Origin: Eledone cirrhosa
Taxonomy: Eukaryota
Length of the DNA stretch: 64,000 nucleotides
Assembly (NCBI GenBank): GCA_964016885.1
Contig: OZ024742.1
Coordinates: 152,396,001 to 152,460,000 of the forward strand
Reading direction: 5' to 3'
Within the stretch, counting starts at the first letter, position 1. Every line of letters starts with the position of its first letter. Shown here piece by piece: positions 25,193 through 39,173 of this stretch. The notes beneath the pieces were generated by a model, which worked only from the letters and a program-made list of their open reading frames with translations, was not told the origin of the DNA and made no database searches. Both the position numbers and the translations under genes were made by a program.

Positions 25193-27839
25193 ATGCTTCA
25201 AGCAAACTTTAACACCCTCTTATCATTACACCTGAGCCAGGACTTGTTTGCACCCATAAGGGACCTATTCAGACTATCGGAGAATCGTGCCAAACTCGGT
25301 TGCCAAATTACCTTCTTAAAACGCTGCCTAAAGAACAACATCATTCCAACCACCATCAGGAATATACATCTACCCGAATGTTTACGATCACCATCCTTCG
25401 AAAACACCATCCGCCACATTCAACGCACGTTTATCAAGAAAATACTACGACACAACCACCACCAACTGCGACTCCATATACAAACGCTTTCCGAGCACAT
25501 AGATCGTATAGCTCCAACCCTCACCCCTGACCACCAGGTGCAGGAAATACGCAAAGCTATAGATCAGTGTTACCACACCAGAGTCAAATATGATAAACAG
25601 CGCCTTATACGGAAATACGAATGGACTGTAAACAAATACTACAATGACAACATCCGCTCCCACAGACTGACCGATTACAACCACACCAGGGGCAACAGCT
25701 ATACAACACCCTCCGCTACACCCCCCAACATCGATCTACCTACCAACGATGCTTCACACCTCGTTACCGACCTAACCGGTACCCTCACCAACGACGAACT
25801 CGAACTTCTGCGCCTCGGACCCAAGTTCATCATTACACAGCGTCTCGATGATAGACTGAAACTCGACATCGAAACCAACTTCTGTCGGACAGCATATCAA
25901 CTGAAATGGCTAACCGCCATCCAAAACAACACCGAGATCGATTACAACCCCACAATCCACCCCACACTCCCCACGTATCACCTCGACAACCCACTCCACC
26001 CCCCACCCACCAACCACGAACTTGATACTAAACTACTCAGGTTGAAACATTCTATCTCTAACATCCTTTCCCAACACACACACACACAATAAACGCAACC
26101 TCACCAATGCACAATTTAATACTCTCACCAACCTAAGATCCAGGAACCTTGTGTACCTTCCCTCTGACAAGGGGAAAGAATTCTGTGTCATCTCGAGAGA
26201 GACCTACAACAACTTAGCTCTCCAACATCTTAATGACCACAGCCTCTACTCGAAAGTCACAGGGACCTCCTCGACTCTAATCGAGGAAGGCATTAACACC
26301 ATATGGACTAACATCTGTGTCCAACGAAAACTGCCAAAGAAGGTAAAAAAACCAAAAAAAATCCAACATAATGACTCGAAACAGCAAACTACCCACCTTC
26401 TACCACCTGGTTAAAACACATAAACAAGGACCCGATTTGAAAATCAGGCCCATTGTCTCTAGCGTGGAGGGCCCACTCTACAAAATATCGTGGCTGCTCT
26501 CCACACTACTGAAACCCATTCCACACACACTACCAGCCCACGTCTGCAGCTCAAAGGAGGTCTTGGAGCGACTACACCATCTGGAGCCCAACACCAGAAA
26601 GGACAACGGTTATGCCTTCAGTCTTGATGTGGTCGCCCTTTATACCTCCGTACCAGCATCCCCAGCTGTCGACCTGTTGACCGAACGAGTCCGAGCATCT
26701 AACTTACACTGCTTCGGACTCACACACACGGACATCCACCAACTCCTCTCCTTCGTTGTGGATAATGCACTCTTCAATTTCCTCGGCCACACGTATAAAC
26801 AAATCTCTGGGCTACCTATGGGCTCTAGTCTGTCCGGCATACTTGCGATCTCGTACATGGACCACCTGGAACGCAAGGCACTCAATACCTGCCAACCCAA
26901 CGCCGTCGCCTTCTACTCCAGATACGTTGATGACATCCTGATACTTCTTCCCGTGAGATGGCGAATGAAATTCACCAAATCTTCAACGATACTGACCATC
27001 ACGTCGATTTCACCATCGAACACCCAGGAGAAGACGGGTCACTCGCCCTCCTCGACTTCCGTATCAACATCTCAGAAGAAGGAGACATAAACACCACCTT
27101 CTACCGCAAAGCAGCGTGCAAGGACTTATTTGTGCATTACAACTCAGCCCTCCCCAACAACGCTAAGAGAGGCTATGTCCTAAATGAACTGACACGGATC
27201 ACTAACAGATGCAGCGACCCGATGGGTGGTCTCACCCATACCACGCAATTCCGTAATCTACTCAGATCTAATGGTTATCCCAAGCGACTGATTATCGGAA
27301 TTAGAGACCCCAGACCCAATAGACACCCACCCACTAGAAACTTAAATAAAAGCAGGTGCTTCTTTAAAATCCCCCACCTGAGTGAATATACCACGAACGC
27401 CATCCGCAGGGCCATACGGACGGAGGGACTTGACATACATTTGGCCCACACAGGACCTTCGCTGCGAAGATGCCTCTCCAACAAACCCGACCAGTCAGAT
27501 GGGACGTGTTCCCTCAGCAACTGCCCGATACGGGGGGCAGATTGCCTACGCACCTATGTCGTATATAAGATTCAATGCGATAAATGTAACAAGTTTTACA
27601 TAGGTAGCACCATCCGACCCCTACATGTTCGTATCAAGGAACATATCAACACCAACGCATCTTCCTTCCGTAAAAACATCCTTAAATGCGGAAACCCACA
27701 GCGTAGACCCTTGGTCACAGTCCTAGCGACTGAACGCAGCATCGGATCCTTAAGGATAAAGGAAGCACTTGTTATTAAGAACCTCAGACCCCCACTTAAC
27801 AACCGGGCTGAGAGAAATGAGCTGACATGGCTAACTTAA
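25193..27839 (+). pseudogene. PLE #3 ORF (RT + GIY-YIG) with about three frameshifts
   Basis: MLQANF start; motifs PSDKG, LVKTHK..IRPIVS, SLDVVALYTSVP, GLPMGSSLS, YSRYVDD, VVYKIQCDKCNKFYIGST and EALVIKNLRPPLN. Confidence 0.95.
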
Positions 27840-28603
27840 CCATAGTGACCATTCACAGCCTACGGCCTGCTATCTTCACACACACGCACGTATATGCATA
27901 CCCATACGCATACACACACACATCTATATTTATACACCCACACATGTTTTTACAACCTACCACCTTTCACACCCTTTGATTTCCAGCTTCTACAGCCCAC
28001 TATCTTTCACACACACACGCACTCACACATATACACACACAGTTACACACACATGTATACCCATACGCTTACACACACACATGTTTTACAACCTACCACC
28101 TTTCACACCCTTTGATTTCCAGCTTCTACAGCCCACTATCTTTCACACACACACACACTCACACATATACACACTTACATTTATACACACACAGTTACAC
28201 ACACATATATATTTACACACACATATTTTACGGCTTTCACACGCTAGCGCACCCTCTTGATTTAACCCATTTGGTCAGTAGCTTTTGCCACATCTTTTCA
28301 CGCGCACGCGCATTCTTTCCCTCGTTTAAATTTTAAATAATTCTCTCCCCATAACGGCATTCCTGTCTTAACGACATCACAACTTTCTCCGCTTGGCCTG
28401 TTCCCCCCCTTTTGGAACTTTCCCCCGTTGATGGGCGTGAGCCCGAAATATTGGGATTAAATCTCCACTACGGTAACCCTTCTACCTTTGTTTTGTTTTC
28501 ATCTTTGTCTCTCTCAATTTTCACTTTCACCTGTTTCTCCTATCTATCATTCACTTCCTACCTCGAGATTTCCCTCTGCATTGTTGTGGCTTTCTTAACT
28601 ACG

Positions 28604-28638
<35 letters not shown>

Positions 28639-28640
<2 letters not shown>

Positions 28641-28775
28641 CTTAACGTATGTTGATGCCCTAAGGACAGACACTGGTGTGTTGGAGACGCAGGACATGGC
28701 AGCGATAATGAGGGACAGATACCGCTGGAGAGAACTCGTCCATGGTTCTCGGGAATTTTAACCCCCCCAGATAGA
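28639..28775 (+). mobile_element. RTE/RTE-X-like LINE 3' terminal fragment
   Basis: Translates [39 protein letters not shown], followed by a short taga tail. Confidence 0.7.
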
Positions 28776-28816
28776 TATATATGTATATATATATATATTG
28801 TATATATATATATATA

Positions 28817-28891
<75 letters not shown>

Positions 28892-28896
28892 GTATA

Positions 28897-29085
28897 TAAC
28901 GAAGGAGTTGTGGTAAGGAACCAGATGGACCATAAGGCACCAGAGTACTCAATACTTAGGGTAGTAGAGTGGGTAACTGGTAAATGTATGACCCCGATGG
29001 CAGAGCTCAAGCCGTTTCGACGGCTATTTCTGAGTCCAGAAATAGCCGTCGAAACGGCTTCAGCTTTGCCTTCGGGGTCATACAT
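28897..29085 (-). mobile_element. Family X fold-back element (~50-bp arms plus tail)
   Basis: Hairpin atgtatgacccc...gccgtttcgacggctatttctg / cagaaatagccgtcgaaacggc...ggggtcatacat. Tail homologous to 19237-19318. Confidence 0.8.
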
Positions 29086-29206
29086 ATATATACATATACA
29101 TTTTCCAAATGTATATGTATATATATATATGTATATATATATACGATAATAAGGGCGCTGCGGAGTTGCAAATGGGTTACATATGAAAAAAGTTTGTCCA
29201 TCATCA

Positions 29207-29255
<49 letters not shown>

Positions 29256-29289
29256 ATATATATACAAATATATATATATATATATATAA

Positions 29290-29396
<107 letters not shown>

Positions 29397-29404
29397 TATA
29401 TATT

Positions 29405-29438
<34 letters not shown>

Positions 29439-29802
29439 TATATATATATGTGTGTGTGTGTGTGTACTTATGATGCCGCTTAGTTGCTTGTACCAAAATA
29501 TCTCTCTCCACTGTTCTAAAGCACATATATAATTCAATACACTTTTCATTATATCTACCTGTTAAATAGATGAATACGTTTTGGAAATTTCCATTGTACA
29601 CCTATTCATGTATTAGTGTATTATTATTTTTTTTGGATGACGAAAGCTCTCTTTAACACTATATTTTTAAACACGTTAAGATTTGAAGAGAGCGGCGGAG
29701 ACTAAGGGTGTTAATTTCAAAAAAAGTTCCCAGATTAAGTATAAAGAACTGAAATTCAGAATTTTTCAACAGGAGTTGCCTATCGTATATCATTTAGTAC
29801 TA

Positions 29803-29977
29803 TTAGTAGAGGGTCGGACGCCATGCTTTGCAGCATAGAATCACTCTCCTTTACGGTCTGAGTTCAATCTCGCCGAGGTTAACTTTGACTTTCATCCTTA
29901 CGGGGTCGATAAAATAAAGTACCAATCACTCACTATGGTAATTGCTGGCCTTGTGCCAAAAATAGAAACAATTATTT
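29803..29977 (+). mobile_element. tRNA-derived SINE with Nin/Deu-type central domain
   Basis: B-box-like gagttcaa followed by gccgaggttaactttgactttcatccttacggggtcgataaaataaagtacc. Confidence 0.85.
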
Positions 29978-30693
29978 TACTGAGGGAAAACTGAAATTAA
30001 CTATACAGCGATGGACATTTAAGGTATGTTTAGTTAAGTATCTTGTGTAATTATATCATGTTCTTTAAAAATTACAGCCATCACCGAGGCTGCTGAGATG
30101 CATCAAAAAGCTCTTGTCACATTCTAATATTCTGATTCTAAATGATATTTGACATCGTTGCTGAATCAGGAACATCTACCTGCAAGACCTTTAAATTCTT
30201 CAGACCTCCATTCATTTCATAAATGTCAAAAGTATTTAGGTCCTGCCTACATTTGCGTTGCTTAATTAACAGAATACGACCAAGTATTTTGATCAGCAAG
30301 CATGTATTTCACATGAAGCGTGCGTTCTTCCCAACGTAAAGGAGAGACACGGAGTAAGCTAATCATATTTTCAGTCATGTAATTCCAATAGTCTGTGCTG
30401 GATATAAACCACCAACCCTTGCACATCCAATGATCCAAGTTTGGCTGGTATTTATCTGCAATGTATTACTACGCTCTGTATTCATATCTATAATGTAGCC
30501 ACAAAACTATCTGCAGTATAATAGTAATAGAACAAGTTATATATTGAAGGTAGGGTTTGAAATCAATTTGTGAATGAACGCTATATGTATAGGAAGTGTT
30601 GTCGAATGTAGAATTATGATTTTCCATTTATTGAAATTTCGTAGCAGCTGTCATCGTTTATTGTGTTATTGTAATGGTATTTCGTCTAACTAA

Positions 30694-30835
30694 GCGGTGA
30701 AGTGGTAGAATTGTTAGGGAGTCAGATAGTATTCTTTGAGGTATTCGTTCCAGCTTTTCGCTTTCACTGAGTTCAAATGTAGCTGAAATCAACTTTATTT
30801 CCCATCCTTTCGATGTCGATAAATAAAGTACTATT
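30694..30835 (+). mobile_element. Diverged SINE of the same superfamily
   Basis: ctgagttcaaat...catcctttcgatgtcgataaataaagtac. Confidence 0.7.
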
Positions 30836-31197
30836 ACAATTCTTCCTTTTGTATTTTTCTCACTCCTCCTCTTTCACCCACTTTCTCTTTCTCTTTTTCT
30901 CTGGAAGAAATCGATTGCGTTCAGACATGGAGAGAGGACGGGCTTCGATAGGTTTAATGCATCTAAGACACGCTGTATGTTGCGGTGGAATTTCTACGAA
31001 TGAATCACTAGCTATGAGTGCAAACATGCATACTTGTAACTATTGGACTATTGAATAATTATTTATCAGTTGAGCAATGACAATTTAATATCTATAAACC
31101 TTATATGGGTTTTGATAGTGACATTCGAAATAACACAATTGATTATTTGATTTTTTCTTAGATTTCTAAAAATACACCTCTCATCTAATCTTTGTCC

Positions 31198-31350
31198 TCA
31201 GTTCAAATTCCAGTTCCCGTTGAATTAATTTGTCGCATTCCTCATCTGAGATCGATGAATTAAATACGAATAAAATAACGATTATCGACTATATCGTCTA
31301 TATCAGCAGTGATGCAAAACTTGACCTTGTATCTAGTTAAAGGAAACCAA
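31198..31350 (+). mobile_element. Highly diverged SINE
   Basis: agttcaaattcc...gatcgatgaattaaatac...gaccttgtatc. Confidence 0.45.
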
Positions 31351-32072
31351 TATGATGTATTTTATATTAACAATGGAAGACTAGGTGTTGTTTATAATAT
31401 ATTGACATTTCCCATTCTGCTCGTTGTGAGATATTTATTTTACGACATATTGTCCTTCACAAACCTAATATAAACCAATTCAGTGTGTCACAGAAAAATA
31501 TGCATTATATCTAACTTGACGTCTAGTAATGAAAAGAAACTGAAATAAATACAGAGAAAGATATATTAATTCAGAATTATAAGTCAAGTGTCTCCCGTCA
31601 TATACAAATAGAGGTTATTTATCAAATTGCACCAGCTGAATGTTTGAATATTCCTAAACCTAAGAAATGTCAGTCAATTGGTAAGTATCTTCTTCCTGCA
31701 AATTTTCGTTTTCATTCATTGATTAACGGGCTTTTCTAATTTTTTTTTCTATGTGTGTATGTATTTGTAGATTAGTGTGATGGGTGTTCTTCTTCGTTGC
31801 TGAACATTGCACTGGAGTTTATCACCAGACGTCAATAACAAATGGCATTCTACATTCGAAGTTCTTATTAGAAAAGGGGGAAAAATCGCTGAGGCATGAA
31901 GGAAGAATATTTATCATCGAGGCTTTTACTTATTACATCCATTTCACACTCGAATGATCCCCACGTTGTGATCTTTCATATTCTAACTTTATCTGTATCA
32001 TTTCATTTCTTTTTTTTTTGTTATTTATTAGTTGGTCTTTGTTACCTTATTTAATTTATATGGTTGAAAATA

Positions 32073-32138
<66 letters not shown>

Positions 32139-34665
32139 GAGGAACTGAAACAATAACCATAGAGGAACTGAAGCAACGCATTGTAGCAAAGAGTGCAAAA
32201 ATCAGGCGATACGAGAACAGAGTCAGTCAGTATACACAGAACCGCATGTTCGACAACAACCAGAAGATGCTGTTTGGACAGCTTGAGGGGAAAGAAAGAG
32301 GCAACGACTTGATCCCTGATGCGGAACAAACTAAAACATTCTGGAGAGGAATATGGGAGCAGGATGTTAAACATAATGACCAGGCAGTGTGGATTGAGAC
32401 AGTACAAAAGGAGATTAGTGAACAGGCACACCAAAAAACTGATTAGAGTATCACAGTTGAAACTCTTAAGGGGCAGGCCAAAAAACTAACCAACTGGAAA
32501 TCACCAGGCCCAGATGGTGTGCAGGGGTATTGGATTAAAATATAACATCCCTCCACCCGAAACTGACAACCATGTTCAATGTCTGCTTGATGTCAGGTGA
32601 GGTACCAGAGTGGTTGACAAAAGGTACCACAGTTCTGGTAATGAAAGACCGAATCAAGAGTAATGATGTTACCAACTATAGACCTATCACATGTCTGTCC
32701 GTAATGTGGAAACTGCTGAGAAGCATTATGTCTGAGGAAATCTACCATCACCTCCACACAAACAACTTGTTACCGGACGAACAGAAAGGATGCCGAAAGA
32801 AGTCACGTGGTACAAAGAACCAGTTACTTATTGATAAGATGGTAATGAGGAATTGCAAAGAGGAGACACACTGGTCTTGCCATGGGATGGATAGACTACA
32901 AAAAGGCATTCGACATGTTACCTCATTCTTGGATAACCAAAAGCCTGGAGATCTTCAAGGTGGCAGATAACATCAGACATTTGTTGGGCAAAAGTATGAA
33001 GTCCTGGGAAACAGAGTTAACATCAACTGGAGAATCCTTGGGAAGCGTGAAGATCAAGAGAGGTATCTTCCGGGGAGATAGTCTGTCCTCTCTGTTGTTT
33101 GTCCTTGCCCTGATGCCCCTGACCAGTGTACTGCGAAAAGTGAGAGCAGGATATAGGTTGGGAAAGGGAGGGCTTACCATCAATCACCTCCTCTTCACGG
33201 ACGATCTTAAGCTATTCGGGAAGAGTGAGAAGGAGTTGGATGTGCTTGTTGACACTGTCCGTATTTTCACCAATGATATATGTATGCAATTTGGTATTAG
33301 TAAGTGTGGAGTCATTGAGATGAAGAGGGGTAAGTTGAGCAGAAGTAACGGAATCCAGGTACCAACGGGTGAGATGATAAAGGAAATTGACTCTGAAGAA
33401 GGATACAAGTATTTGGGCGTTCTGGAGGCTGATGACATCAAGAACAAAACAATGAAGGAATTGATAAGAACTGAATACATTCGGAGAGTAAGGAGCGTAT
33501 TAAAGTCACATCTGAACAGTAGGAATGCCATAAGTGCAGTAAATTCCCGAGCTGTGTCTATTATGAGTTACAGTGCGGGAATTCTGAGATGGAATGTTGC
33601 TGAACAGATAGAAATGGATAGGATGACTAGTAAGCTATTGACTATCTACAACATGTTCCACAAGAGGAGTGATGTCGATAGACTCTACTTAAGGAGATCT
33701 GATGGTGGAAGAGGTTTTATCAGCATAGAGGACTGTGTTCAGATGGAGAAAAACAACCTACACAAATACGTGACTGATAGTAAGGAGCCAATGCTCAGAA
33801 CTGTGCTGAAGGAGAGGACAATAGGCCAGGGGATGTCCAAGGAGGAAATAACATCAAGGAGAAAGAGCAGCTTTCAGGAAAAATCCCTTCATATTACCTT
33901 CTTTGAGAAAACTGAATTTAGAGTTCCACAGACATGGAACTGGTTGAAAAGAGGAGACCTTAAAAAGGCTACAGAAGGAATGTTAATGGCTGCGCAGGAG
34001 CAGGCCATCAAAACGAAGTTGTTGAAACACCATATCTACAAGGAGGAGGCTAGCCCACTGTGCAGGATCTGTGGAGAGAGAGAGGAGATTGTGGCTCACA
34101 TTGTATCCGAGTGTAAACACCTAGCCCAGACTCACTATAAGGGCTGGAGACATGATGTGATGGGCAGGGTGATCCACTGGCACCTATGCAAAGTAAACAA
34201 TTTACCACATTCTGAGAAGTGGTATGAGCATAAGCCAGAGTCGGTGATAGAAAACGATGAGGTGAAGGTGCTGTGGGATTTTAGGATACAGACGGACAAG
34301 AAACTGGAATACAATAGACCTGACCTGGTGGTTTTGGACAAGGGAAAAAGATCAAGAGAAGAGAGGGAGAAAATTAACCGTTACCAGGACTTAAAGTGGG
34401 AGGTAAAAAGGATTTGGAACTGCCATGAGGTCAAAGTTGCGCCTATTGTCATAGGCGCATTAGGTACTATCACAAAGAGTTTCAAGGGATGGTTAAAAAA
34501 AATTGCTCCTGCCCCGCTTTTTAGAACACTTTAAAATGCATGCTTGCTGGGAACAGCAAGAACCCTCCGATACGTCCTGAATATCTGAGGCTGCAGGTAG
34601 TGGCTTGATATTCATTTCAACAAACTTTCCAGTTAAATAACACCAATGACTGAGACTCAAAGAAC
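32139..34665 (+). mobile_element. R4/Dong-like non-LTR retrotransposon, family A, 5'-truncated, in (TAA)n
   Basis: KSPGPDG, NYRPITCL, WIDYKKAFD, HLLFTDDLKLF, CRICGEREE..HIVSEC zinc knuckle, RHD and REL RPDLVV. TAA repeats on both sides. Confidence 0.93.
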
Positions 34666-34696
<31 letters not shown>

Positions 34697-34698
<2 letters not shown>

Positions 34699-35450
34699 TT
34701 ACCAAGCCAATATAATAAAAAATGGATGCAACCCAATATGCCGTGTATGTAAAAAACAACCAGAGAGCATTGATCATATAATTTCAATGTGCAGTCCTAT
34801 AGCTCCAACCGAATATCTAAACAGGCATGACAGAGCTGCACAATACTTACATTGGATAATGTGTAAGCATTTTGACCTGCCCCATGAAAAAAATTGGTGG
34901 GAGTATCAACCACCTCCCATACTTGAAAAATATCACATCTCAATCTTGTGGAACTTTAGCATGCAAACAGACCGAAATATAGATGCAAATAGACCTGATA
35001 TAATACTGAAGGACTTTAAAAAGAGGGTATGCCTGCTAATTAATGTGTCCGTTCCAATAGACAAGAATGTATCTATAAAAACATTTGAAAAATTGAGCAA
35101 GTATAAGGACCTGGAGATAGAAATTGGAAAAATGTGGAAATTGAGAACTAAAACAATACCAGTGGTTGTAGGCGCTCTAAGAATGATACCTAAGGGGTCT
35201 AATTATTACTTATCGCAAATCCCAGGAAACCCGCGTATAGGAGAAATACAAAACATTATACTAAAGGGAACTGCCCATATACTAAGGAAGATTCTGTCAA
35301 TATAAGTACATCACAAGTCTAAACACCTAAAGATGCATGTGTGTGTATGTATGTTCTTTCTTGATCATGGCGGACCTTGTTGTCTCTTGAGGTCACTGGT
35401 TGTCACTTGGTGATAACTCGTATGAACATAAAGCAAGATAAATGCAACTG
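34697..35450 (+). mobile_element. R4/Dong-like family B, 3' fragment
   Basis: CRVCKKQPESIDHIISMC, RHD, RPDII and EKLSKYKDL; same family as 56015-59795. Confidence 0.92.
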
Positions 35451-35474
35451 TAATAATAATAATAATAATAATAA

Positions 35475-35732
35475 TGTTTTCTTTATTAACCACGAGGGTT
35501 TACATACAGTAGACATTAAGGACAGTACAGGACAATACAGGACGGTACAAATGGGCATTTCTGCGTGTAAAAAAAAACAGAGGATGTAATAAAATTACAA
35601 AGAAAAATTCCCCAATAGGGGGGGGGGAGACTTCCGAGGGACATTTGTGGAGAAAGCCCATTAAAAGACCACAGTGACCCTGACCACCAGGGCAAGTGCC
35701 CTCTCCTAGTTTTCCACCTTTAATTTACAGAC

Positions 35733-35737
<5 letters not shown>
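35475..35737 (-). mobile_element. Tx1/L1-like 3'UTR fragment
   Basis: Homologous to 42534-42795; AATAAA on the minus strand before (TTA)n. Confidence 0.8.
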
Positions 35738-35763
<26 letters not shown>

Positions 35764-38700
35764 TTAATTTATTGGCCACACGGACCGACAGATAGAGGAC
35801 AATACAAGAAGCAGGGACAGTGGGACTTTACATATACAACGTGTGAATAATATAAGTAACAATAACAAAATAATAAAAATACAGCAATGAAAATTTCCCA
35901 ATAGGGAGGATGACCACCCAACGTTCACACAGGTACCCTCCCATGCTGAACGACCCGACGCTTCGAGAGCACCCGGGAGGGGCATCCTTCTCCTCCTCAA
36001 ATTCACCCATTGACAGGCGCATGATCAGAGTAGGCCCACTAACACGGGCCATTCTAGTCACAGTCATCCACCTTTCAGCAAATGGACTTCTCTCTCCACC
36101 CTCACCTTCCTTTCCAAGTGAAACTTGAAAAAATTGATGAGGGATTGGCCGAAGAGAAAAGTGTCTGTCTTCAGTTCTTTCAACCTGGTCCACCATACGA
36201 CCTCTTACGCTACTGCCACCAGACAGAGGAACATTTCCTGCCCTTCCTGGCCAAAGAAAGGCGGCGGGTCTATCTTCACTATGGACTCGGCCGATAGCCG
36301 GATCCGTTCTACACGCGACAACAGCTGTTCGACATAACTCCACAAGTCACTAATGCACGAACACGCGACGAATGCGTGCAGAACGGTTTCATCTCTGCGC
36401 GCATGTTGGGCAGATCCGTCTGACAGCACTTCCGTGCCTATAGAGTTTATCTCGAACCGAGAGTGCCCCCCGGTAATACTGCCAAGCGAGGGATTTTTGA
36501 AAATTATCCATCTTCCCCGGCTCGAAAGTGCTCCGGAACAGACTGGTTAGTTCGACTTCGTCGACGCCCAGAGCTTCTCCGAATGTTACGTCGCACTTAC
36601 CCACCAATAATCCTCTATAGAAATCGAGAATGGAAGTTCCACTGACCGCATTGCTCGCCTGGTAGTGGGTAGTGAGTGCCTGGCAACATTCTAGATGCCA
36701 GTCACCCAGTCTCGGTCTCTTCTTGACCCTGGACTACAGCTCACACAAAGAAACGAGCTCCGGAAAGGCCCGTCCGACAAACAGCGATCACACCTGTTCA
36801 CCGTTTACGCAGAATATCTGGAGATGCCGCAGCCTCAGCGCATGTCTGTGTATCATTAGCCATGGCATTCCCAGCTCTCCACATATAGGGAGCTGGCAGC
36901 AGATGGACATCCTCACCAACGGAACCTGTCCCCTCCACAAGAATTTGAAGAGGAGCCATTCCAAGTTGGAGAGGCGCGAACGGGGTCAAGGGACGACGGT
37001 CAGGCGGTAGTAGATCACGGAGGCGATGTACACGTTCGCCACCTCCACCCGACCGTTCAGTGATAGCTTCCTCGCTGCCCATTTCTGGGTGAGACTGGCT
37101 ACACTGCCAGTCACCTCGTCCCAATTCTTATCCACCTGGAGGTCAGGCCCGAACTAAACCCCGATCAACTTTACCGGTCCGTCCGTCCAGCGCACAACGA
37201 CGCTGTTGGACGGCATCGACTTGCTTCTCCAGGTGCCGAGTTGCAAGCCCACCGACTTTTCCGGGTTAAGTTTTGGTTCCGTCAACCTTTCATATTCCTC
37301 CAATAAGTTGCCAACCACCTCGATTTTCATCCGCATAAGCCGACACAGCCTTTCCGTGTCCTGGTTCGAACGGGATGCCCTGCAGCAGCTCCAGCTTCCG
37401 CAGTAAAGGCTCGAGAGTCAATACGCACAGAAGGGAGGAGAAAGGGCACCCTGACGGACCGATCGGGGGGTCTGAAACTGTTCCGAGAGGTGGCCATTAA
37501 CTTTGACCACTAAGCAGATGCCACTGTGCAATGTAGCGATCCAGCTTCTAAAGATGGGATCGAAGCCAGCTGCCTCCAGGACAGCCTCCAGGTACATATG
37601 TACGACCCTATTGAATGCTTTAGATTGATCTAAATTGATCAGAGCCCCACCAAAGCCAGGTTTACACCCAATGGTCTCTATAATGTATCGCATTAGGTGG
37701 AGGATGTCGTGTATGGACCTGGTCGGAATTGCGGAAAGTTGCGCCTCCCCAACCAAATCCTTGACCACAAGCGCCAAACTCTTCGCTAAAACCTTGGCCA
37801 AAATCTTAAACTCTGTATTGAGCAGAGTTATGGGCCTGAAATTGTCTAATGTGTCCCTCCTTTTCACGTCTTTCCTTATAAGCGCCACTACGCCCTGGCT
37901 CACAGAACTGGGAATACTCCAGTTATGCTGCCAGTTGCAGTAGAGCGCTTCGAGGAGATCGGAGAACAAGTCTGGCATATTCACGTAAAGCTCGTAGGGC
38001 AGAGCATCCAAACCGGGTGAATTCCGCCTCATTCAGCCAACAATGGCATTCTGAATCTCGGCTGAAGTAATCGGCCTTTCGCAGCGCCCAGCGTCGGCCG
38101 TCGAGAATTGCGGCACGCCATCGAGGTAGGAACTGAAGTCCGCCACCGTCTCTGACTCGCCACCATCCCCGAACAACCGAACAAAATGTTGGCGAAAGGC
38201 CTCACTCATCCGCTTGGAATCGCTCAGCTCGTGCCCGTCTCGGTCCGTCAAAGTGCGAATTGTGGTTTTATTACCACGCTGAGCCTCTGCCACGCGGGCC
38301 CATCGATCACCTTTAGGTCCCTTGTTTCTCATTGTTCTAATTGTTGTCGTTGGTGGTGGTGTTGTTGTTTTTGCTGACGTTGTTCTTGTTGGTTTGTTGC
38401 TGTTATCACTGTTGCAGCTGGTTATATCTTTGGTGCCGCCGTTTTTGTTGTTATCGGTGCAGTTGTATTGTTGCTGTTGGTGTTATCGCTATTTGTTTTC
38501 ATGTTGGTAGTGTTAATATTGTTGTTGCATTTGTTGTCATTTTTTCTGTTGTTTGTATTTTCGTTGTTGCTGTTACTGTTATGGTTGATGTGGTCTTTTT
38601 TTTTCAAAATTAGTATCCTCAGTGTTGTTGGCATTGCTGTCCTTGTTCCCGTTATCTGTCGTTGTGTTTATTGTATCAATTTCTGTAAATTTCGCCGTAA

Positions 38701-38972
38701 CGCTCCTCTCAACTTTTACGTCGTTGTCGCACGACAGTAGACATATCGCTGGGAGGCATGGCTCAGCCATGTTTTTTTTTTTCGATAATTGTTAAAAATG
38801 TAAAAAGTTCAAATATCTGGGCCAAAAGGCCCAAATATTATACTTTCCCTCTCACAGGGCAAAGTCCAAGGGCTTATATCCCTTACACATCAACAAAATT
38901 AATCAGTAAATAAGTTTTGACAGGTAAATAAAGATACTTACTAGGGCGAACAAAAAGACGTCCGTTCAGACC
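35764..38972 (-). mobile_element. Tx1/L1-clade retrotransposon with internal deletion (ORF1 start joined to RT and C-terminus)
   Basis: SPGLDALPYELY, NFRPITLLNTEFKILAKVLA, LDQSKAFNRV, RQGALSP and C-terminal CPTC..ETVLHAFVAC. Asn/Thr-rich ORF1 start at 38335-38770. Confidence 0.88.
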
Positions 38973-39017
38973 AATAATAATAATAATAATAATAATAATA
39001 TTAATAATAATAATAAT

Positions 39018-39106
39018 GATTTCTTTATTAACCACAAGGGTTTACATAAAGTAGACATTAAGGACAGTGCTGGACAATGCAGGACGGTGCAAATGGGCAT
39101 TTCTGC

Positions 39107-39139
<33 letters not shown>

Positions 39140-39150
39140 CAGAGGATGTA
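39018..39150 (-). mobile_element. Tx1/L1-like 3' terminal fragment
   Basis: Matches 35475-35590. Confidence 0.8.
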
Positions 39151-39173
39151 TTAATAATAATAATAATAATAAT

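Larger units (their letters stand above)
24462..28606 (+). mobile_element. PLE #3, full length with direct pLTRs (~24462-25176 and ~27890-28606)
   Basis: ~700-bp near-identical direct repeats with internal subrepeats, flanked by (TA)n. Confidence 0.95.

Noticed and set aside
29803-29977. tRNA genes at gttcaa B-box motifs
   Set aside because: No cloverleaf; the motifs are SINE heads.
32923-33531. Antisense ORFs repeated across Dong copies
   Set aside because: Shadows of the RT coding strand in near-identical copies.
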